The notes under the pieces: generated by a model | What the model was told of the DNA's origin: nothing | Database searches by the model: none | The model's input: the letters and a program-made list of their open reading frames with translations, nothing else | DNA from: a virus | Virus record (IMG/VR): IMGVR_UViG_3300020442_000007 | Location: 64,001-128,000 of that record | DNA: 64,000 bases | Reading direction: 5' to 3' (one strand) | In this document: positions 58,999-64,000 of the stretch, one piece after another | Numbering within the stretch: the stretch's first letter is position 1 | Layout of the letters: each line of letters begins with the position of its first letter | Made by a program: the position numbers and the translations under genes

Positions 58999-59272
58999 CT
59001 CCAGCAAAAACGTCAGGACTGCCTTCTTTTACTGCGGTGCAATTTTTTCCGCCAACGTCATCACCAACTCTTCCACAACCTAAGTTATTAACAAATACTG
59101 TAGTTGAGCCAACTGTTATGACTTCTGAATGTCCACCACAATGTGCTGTGTTAGGATCACTCTGTCTGCTTATTGCGATTCCGTTTGCAAATACATTACC
59201 AGAACCTTTAGCTCTTACCATACCACCACAATGAGGTACATCATCATCGCCTATTCTTGTGACTGCTGGCAT
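58994..59272 (-). CDS. PAAR-domain spike tip protein (gp5.4-like)
   Basis: PAVTRIGD, GS.NVFANG, GCGRVGD, GSPDVFAG; His/Cys metal ligands. Confidence 0.9.
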   Translation of the reverse strand: MPAVTRIGDDDVPHCGGMVRAKGSGNVFANGIAISRQSDPNTAHCGGHSEVITVGSTTVFVNNLGCGRVGDDVGGKNCTAVKEGSPDVFAGG

Positions 59273-59274
59273 GT

Positions 59275-59784
59275 TTATCTCCTATCATTGTAGTCATAAT
59301 TGTTGTTGTCCATAAACTGTCTTATTGCTTGCTCATTATTATGACATTTGTGTTGTATAGTAATTGTACCTTGTTTAACCACTGGTGTTACAGCAGGAGG
59401 TACTCCAACTAATTCTGTATAATTAACATCTACATTGTAAACTTTATATTTGAACGGACTTAAATCTTGGCTTAATGAAAACAAATTTTTTCCGTCTGGC
59501 ATTTTATGAGCTCCAATTACAGTTTGTGGAGTTTGTTCTTTATCACTTGTTTTTGCATCGCAAAAAGTAAAAACATCGTTCCATCCAGAAATGTATTTTC
59601 CTACAGCAGTAAAGCCTGTGTTAGAATTTGTAATTGTTACTGTATCATCTTCAGCAGTTCCATGTGTTGCTACAACAGAATTTATAGTGCCTCCTGTGCC
59701 TTCAAGAAAACTTACATTTAAAACAAAGTCTACACCTCTAGTAGCTTCTGCTAAATTTTCTACTCCTCCAGTTATAGCGAACAT
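59275..59784 (-). CDS. hypothetical protein between spike and PAAR
   Basis: 169-aa ORF tightly coupled to both neighbours. Confidence 0.65.
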   Translation of the reverse strand: MFAITGGVENLAEATRGVDFVLNVSFLEGTGGTINSVVATHGTAEDDTVTITNSNTGFTAVGKYISGWNDVFTFCDAKTSDKEQTPQTVIGAHKMPDGKNLFSLSQDLSPFKYKVYNVDVNYTELVGVPPAVTPVVKQGTITIQHKCHNNEQAIRQFMDNNNYDYNDRR

Positions 59785-61257
59785 TTATGTAACCAATCCT
59801 GATTGCTCAACACATTTCTTTTTCATGGTGTCGTCTGTTGCACTTTTTTCTTCAGTTTTTGTTGCAGTATCTGCCACTGTAGTTGATGTAGTGCCTTTAG
59901 CTGTACCAACAGGATTAACAATAGCAATACTTGCATCTGTTGCAATAGAATTATGCGATTCTGGAGAATAATTTTCGTGTCCTGCCCAAGGTTCGACTTG
60001 TGGTGACCTTGTAGGTGCTTTGGCATCTGTTGCTGTTGCCGCTGGAGGTCCGTTCATATCAATTTTGTCAGCTGTTTCAAGGTGGTGTTTACTTGTAATA
60101 TTACTTGTTCCACCGCATGTAATTTTTCCGTCTGCACTTACTTTCACTTCCCAATTTCCGCCTGCTGTAGTTTGCTTAATGTCTTTTGCCGCTGTTATAT
60201 TAATATTCCTTCCGGCTTCAATATTAATATCCCTGTCTGCTGTAATATTGTAATCATTCTCAGTATGCACACTGACACTATCTTTTGCGTAGATATCAAT
60301 TTTTCCGTTTGATGTTAATTCAATCCATGTTGTTCCTCTTGCATTTGCAATGTAAATTAAGTCTTCAGAATTATGCATTAAAATCTGATGACCTGTTCTT
60401 GTTTGCAAACGTATTAATTCATTTCTTGGAATAGTAGGATCTCCGCCTTTTTCCATACTTTCCACATTAGCATATTCAGGTCCTGAACTAGATGCCGGAC
60501 CTTTTCTTAAAAAGTTTGCATCTCCGTCATCCATTACAAATGATGAACCGCCTAACCTTGATGCAGGAACTTGTGATTGCGATCCTAAATTTCCATATTT
60601 GTATTTTGGTGCGCCTGGACGTCTATCATAAGGTCCGGGTGTACTCCAACCAAACACCATGCTAGGTAATTCTCGTCTTGCACTAGACGAAGACACACCT
60701 CTGGTATTATCGCCTATTAATCCTGCATTAGTAAGTCTAGTTTCTAGATCGGTGTTTACAGGTTTTACAAATTTCGTAGGGTCATTTCCTTTATGTTTAG
60801 CAAGTTTTTTATTATATTCACCGACAGGTAAATTTTTTGATTTATCTTTATCGTTGAAAGTAGTTGATGCATATCCTGGAATTTGAAAATTCATAAATTC
60901 ATCTGGTACACATCCAATCCAATATCCCATAGATATGTTACCCTCAACAAATATTACTAAAACAATATTTCCCACATCCGGTGGTACTGCCCACATACCA
61001 TAGCTTTGTTGTGAAAACTTGTATCCTTCATTTTCTGTGTTAGCATTAAATGGAGTTACGCCGTAAAATCCTGGTAAGTATTTTACTTGTGCAGTTTGCC
61101 CTGTAGTTTCAGCATTGTTACCTTCTTCAGTAACCTTAAGAATTTCTACTTCTAGACCTCCCATATACGTAGTATCTAGATGACTTACTATTCTAGCTAA
61201 AAAAGGACCAGGATCACCTTTAAGATCTATACTACTAGTTCTTGATTCAACAGCCAT
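59785..61257 (-). CDS. baseplate central spike (gp5/VgrG-like)
   Basis: OB-fold SYGMWAVPPDVG..VLV.F; RTGHQILM..; beta-helix repeats (INIEAGRNINITA); IDMNG. Confidence 0.8.
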   Translation of the reverse strand: MAVESRTSSIDLKGDPGPFLARIVSHLDTTYMGGLEVEILKVTEEGNNAETTGQTAQVKYLPGFYGVTPFNANTENEGYKFSQQSYGMWAVPPDVGNIVLVIFVEGNISMGYWIGCVPDEFMNFQIPGYASTTFNDKDKSKNLPVGEYNKKLAKHKGNDPTKFVKPVNTDLETRLTNAGLIGDNTRGVSSSSARRELPSMVFGWSTPGPYDRRPGAPKYKYGNLGSQSQVPASRLGGSSFVMDDGDANFLRKGPASSSGPEYANVESMEKGGDPTIPRNELIRLQTRTGHQILMHNSEDLIYIANARGTTWIELTSNGKIDIYAKDSVSVHTENDYNITADRDINIEAGRNINITAAKDIKQTTAGGNWEVKVSADGKITCGGTSNITSKHHLETADKIDMNGPPAATATDAKAPTRSPQVEPWAGHENYSPESHNSIATDASIAIVNPVGTAKGTTSTTVADTATKTEEKSATDDTMKKKCVEQSGLVT

Positions 61258-63668
61258 TACGTGCCTCCATGGTCGATTTGATTTTCTTCATTACCTTCAA
61301 TATAAAGAGCATTCTGCGATTTAGATGGTTGTGTAGGATTAGTTATTTCTAAGCCGTCCACTGTTTTAGTTTTTTGTGCTTGATTTTGTTCTTTCTTAGG
61401 TTCTTCCTGATTTCTACGTCTAATTAAATTTAATGTTTGTTCAAACTTACCACCACTAAATTCACTTGTGACGCCAATACATTGGTATAATCCACTAAAT
61501 GCTTTTGTAGGTATAGTTTTTCCGTTAAATTGCATAAATCCCTCATCACGTAAATCAAACGGAGTTCTAAAATTTAAAATACAATCTATTTCTGAGCTTT
61601 GATAATCTGCACTTCCATCTTTTGTTATATTAATAAATTCAGTTTGTTCTGCTGTATAATTTCCTACACCACTATCTGTAATCCAGTACGGATCTCCCCA
61701 AATTTTTAAATCAACTTCTATTAAATCTGCTGGACTGTCTAACAAAGCTTCACTGAATTGTCTTGCTACTTGTACTTCGCTCCATTCTTGAGCTCCTCCA
61801 CCAGTAGTTGTAACGGTTTTTTTAGATTTTTCTGATACTTTTGCAACCCCTTCTGGTGGTAATACTTTTGCATCTCCTTCGTTTTGTTTGTTAGGAGCTT
61901 CTTTATCCGCCTTAACAGCAGCTCCTTGTGAACTTGTCTTACTATCTTTGGATGCTTGTCCTCTTTGAGCACCAATACCTACAAAAAAAGCATTATTAAA
62001 AGTAATATCAAAGTCTAAAACATCTTTGTTTTTTCCTGTGTATATATAATTGTATTCTTTAGCAGCTTGTAGTTTTAAGTCTTCGATTTTTGGAGTAAGT
62101 TTAGTTGGCGAATTAAATCTTGCGGCATTTACTTTATAAGGCACTACCCTATATAAAAATACTTTAGGATTTTTTCCTGTTGAATCAACTGTAGCAGAAT
62201 CATTACTTTCAAATACTTGAGATTCTATCTTAAACCAATCAACCATGTTATATTTGTCTGTGTTGTTAAGTCTTTGTTTTAAACTTCTTCCATATTCACT
62301 GACTGTAACAATCTCTTCGATAATATCTTGTATCTTTGTTCCAGCTTTAAATTGGAATGTTCTTGTAGTTTCAGGTTGTGAACATTTTGCTCTACATACA
62401 ACTCCGTTATCCATTGTTGCTACATTAGGTTCTGTTTGCGGTTTTGCTCCTGTATCATTTTTTGATTTAACTATTTTTGCTTTACCTATGTCGTTTATAT
62501 TGTCTGGATTTTCAGCATATTTACGAATTGTTTCGCCTACTTCTGACCTTTGAATTGATACACCTAAAAGTTTGTTTATTGTTTCATCAAATTTCTTAGG
62601 CACATCGCCTGCTTGAATCCCAGCAATACTTTCAAATATTTGTTGTTTTCTTTCTTGACTTAAATCCTTTAATTCACCTTCTGGTGGATCAGAAGTAGTT
62701 GCACCTGTGTCTTCGCTGTTTGGTTTTCCTAATATCGCTTCTTTGGCACTACTTCTTTCTTTAGGAAACATAATAATATACTGATCTGTTTTGTTGACTT
62801 GTTTTGCTTCTTTACCTTTGAGCAATCGTTCATTAAGTACACTTGTTAAACTTTTACCTCCACTTTGTAAAACTTCTTGTACAGAAGCACCTGATAAATT
62901 TAAATCATTTTTTGCTGATTGTGCATTATCACCAAATGACTGATCATTATGTTTTACAAACGCTACATCATACGTACTACCTTGCTCAGTAACATTAAAA
63001 GAACTTTCTATAACATGTATTGGAAAATATCTTGTTGCTCCAGGCACTAAACTAACATTTCCGTTATCGTCCCAACCTTTAAAATGTAGAGTAAGCATAA
63101 ACGGAGCATCAATATAATTTTTATATCCGCAACTCAAAGCGGCTATTTGTAATGTTTCATAAAACAACCCCATGCTATATGGTTCAAATATTTTAAATGA
63201 TCCTGTTACTGCATCTGCTTGTTTAGTTCCTTTATTATGAGTAATCACTGTGGTCATTTCTATGTCATCAATGTAAAACTCTACTCCACCTAAAGCAAGT
63301 TCTGATGCTGTCTTAACTTTTCTCGAACCTGAACCACCTGATCTACAAATAATTTTCCTAGGTCCATATTTTCTATAAGTTGCGTCTGGACGATTAAGTT
63401 CATCTACAGTCAAACAAGATAAAGTCCAAATGTAATTTACTGTTGCATAAGGTTCCAAAGCATTAGGAAAAGGTGGAGCACCTACTGATCTGCTCATAAG
63501 TGTCCTAAAAGAATTTGTAATAAGTTCTGGTCCAGATAAAGTATTTGCTACTGTTACTACTGTCTTTGATTTAGAGGTTATTGCACCTTTAATTTGATTC
63601 GCAGAACCTTCAACTGCACTATTCAATCCATTAATATCAATATTTGGGGATATTAAAAAAGGATCCAT
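61257..63668 (-). CDS. baseplate hub-like protein (gp27/VgrG-N-like)
   Basis: Position between gp53-like and gp5-like genes; EPY, YNYIYTGKN, I.GDPYW, FSGLY....S.F..GKF.Q.L. Confidence 0.55.
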   Translation of the reverse strand: MDPFLISPNIDINGLNSAVEGSANQIKGAITSKSKTVVTVANTLSGPELITNSFRTLMSRSVGAPPFPNALEPYATVNYIWTLSCLTVDELNRPDATYRKYGPRKIICRSGGSGSRKVKTASELALGGVEFYIDDIEMTTVITHNKGTKQADAVTGSFKIFEPYSMGLFYETLQIAALSCGYKNYIDAPFMLTLHFKGWDDNGNVSLVPGATRYFPIHVIESSFNVTEQGSTYDVAFVKHNDQSFGDNAQSAKNDLNLSGASVQEVLQSGGKSLTSVLNERLLKGKEAKQVNKTDQYIIMFPKERSSAKEAILGKPNSEDTGATTSDPPEGELKDLSQERKQQIFESIAGIQAGDVPKKFDETINKLLGVSIQRSEVGETIRKYAENPDNINDIGKAKIVKSKNDTGAKPQTEPNVATMDNGVVCRAKCSQPETTRTFQFKAGTKIQDIIEEIVTVSEYGRSLKQRLNNTDKYNMVDWFKIESQVFESNDSATVDSTGKNPKVFLYRVVPYKVNAARFNSPTKLTPKIEDLKLQAAKEYNYIYTGKNKDVLDFDITFNNAFFVGIGAQRGQASKDSKTSSQGAAVKADKEAPNKQNEGDAKVLPPEGVAKVSEKSKKTVTTTGGGAQEWSEVQVARQFSEALLDSPADLIEVDLKIWGDPYWITDSGVGNYTAEQTEFINITKDGSADYQSSEIDCILNFRTPFDLRDEGFMQFNGKTIPTKAFSGLYQCIGVTSEFSGGKFEQTLNLIRRRNQEEPKKEQNQAQKTKTVDGLEITNPTQPSKSQNALYIEGNEENQIDHGGT

Positions 63669-63669
63669 G

Positions 63670-63972
63670 CTATCCTCCTAGTACTTCAGTTAATTTTGCT
63701 CCTTGAGGCAAATAAATCTTTGTACCTGTCGTCATGTCGTATACAGGATCTTTTATAATATTCATATTACGTTGGGCAAAAACCCACCATAACTTTGTTG
63801 ACCCGTATAAATCATATGCTAACAAATCTGGTCTATATTGATATTGTGATTCTATTGTATATAAAATATCATCATCATACGCTGGTACTGGCCTAATACT
63901 TAAAATATCTAAGTATTGACCGTTAACAACTTCTGTGTTAGCATATGGACTTTGATTATCATAAGTAGCCAT
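63670..63972 (-). CDS. baseplate wedge gp53-like / LysM-type protein
   Basis: YRPDLLAYDLYG...LWWVFA.RN...DP..G..I.LP. Confidence 0.8.
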   Translation of the reverse strand: MATYDNQSPYANTEVVNGQYLDILSIRPVPAYDDDILYTIESQYQYRPDLLAYDLYGSTKLWWVFAQRNMNIIKDPVYDMTTGTKIYLPQGAKLTEVLGG

Positions 63973-64000
63973 TAAATAAATCCATCATCGCTTGTAAGAC
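63972..64000 (-). CDS. 3' end of an upstream tail gene (partial, ...LTSDDGFI*)
   Basis: Open frame ending TAA that overlaps the next ATG (TAATG). Confidence 0.4.

Noticed and set aside
1964-62553. Many short antisense or nested ORFs in the ORF track (e.g. 1964-2350, 3059-3511, 22044-22475, 37486-37836, 59591-59971)
   Set aside because: They lie within longer motif-bearing genes and show no recognisable motifs; they are shadow ORFs
58536-63972. Bacterial T6SS or eCIS locus (PAAR, VgrG-like, gp25, LysM)
   Set aside because: T4-like gp6, collar fibres, late-promoter motifs and no Tss membrane complex or ClpV point to a phage tail
1-64000. Stop-codon reassignment, introns/inteins, tRNA or rRNA genes
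   Set aside because: The standard code gives near-complete coding density with TAA, TAG and TGA all used as stops; no intein or homing-endonuclease motifs seen; intergenic gaps are short and show no tRNA-like sequence

Overview
AT-rich, gene-dense fragment of a large contractile-tailed (T4-like/jumbo myovirus-type) phage genome, probably marine (inference). The right half (31137-64000, minus strand) is a tail/baseplate module: gp53/LysM-like, hub, gp5-like spike, PAAR, gp25, gp6-like wedge, a 5186-aa baseplate/adhesin protein and five fibre/baseplate paralogues. The left half (1-31069) is a ~30 kb island of over 30 genes, mostly tailoring enzymes. It has five 2OG-Fe(II) oxygenases, about six degenerate sulfotransferase-fold domains, APS kinase with a HIGH-motif nucleotidyltransferase and DUF2061, and a TctC/TctA transporter without TctB. 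It also has a fold-IV aminotransferase, a truncated adenylate-forming enzyme, an ACP-like/methyltransferase fusion, GNAT and SGNH proteins, four radical SAM enzymes (one circularly permuted) and four or five glycosyltransferases. Three perfect sigma70 promoters (two apparently leaderless) head enzyme operons, while a T4-late-like (G/A)ATAAATA motif precedes structural genes. The leading hypothesis is a phage-encoded pathway that builds a sulfated/acylated/methylated glycan or similar adduct, possibly for decorating virion proteins, which carry candidate acceptor sites (recurrent DST[F/L] motifs and a Ser/Gly tail). All family assignments come from motifs recognised by eye; no searches were run.
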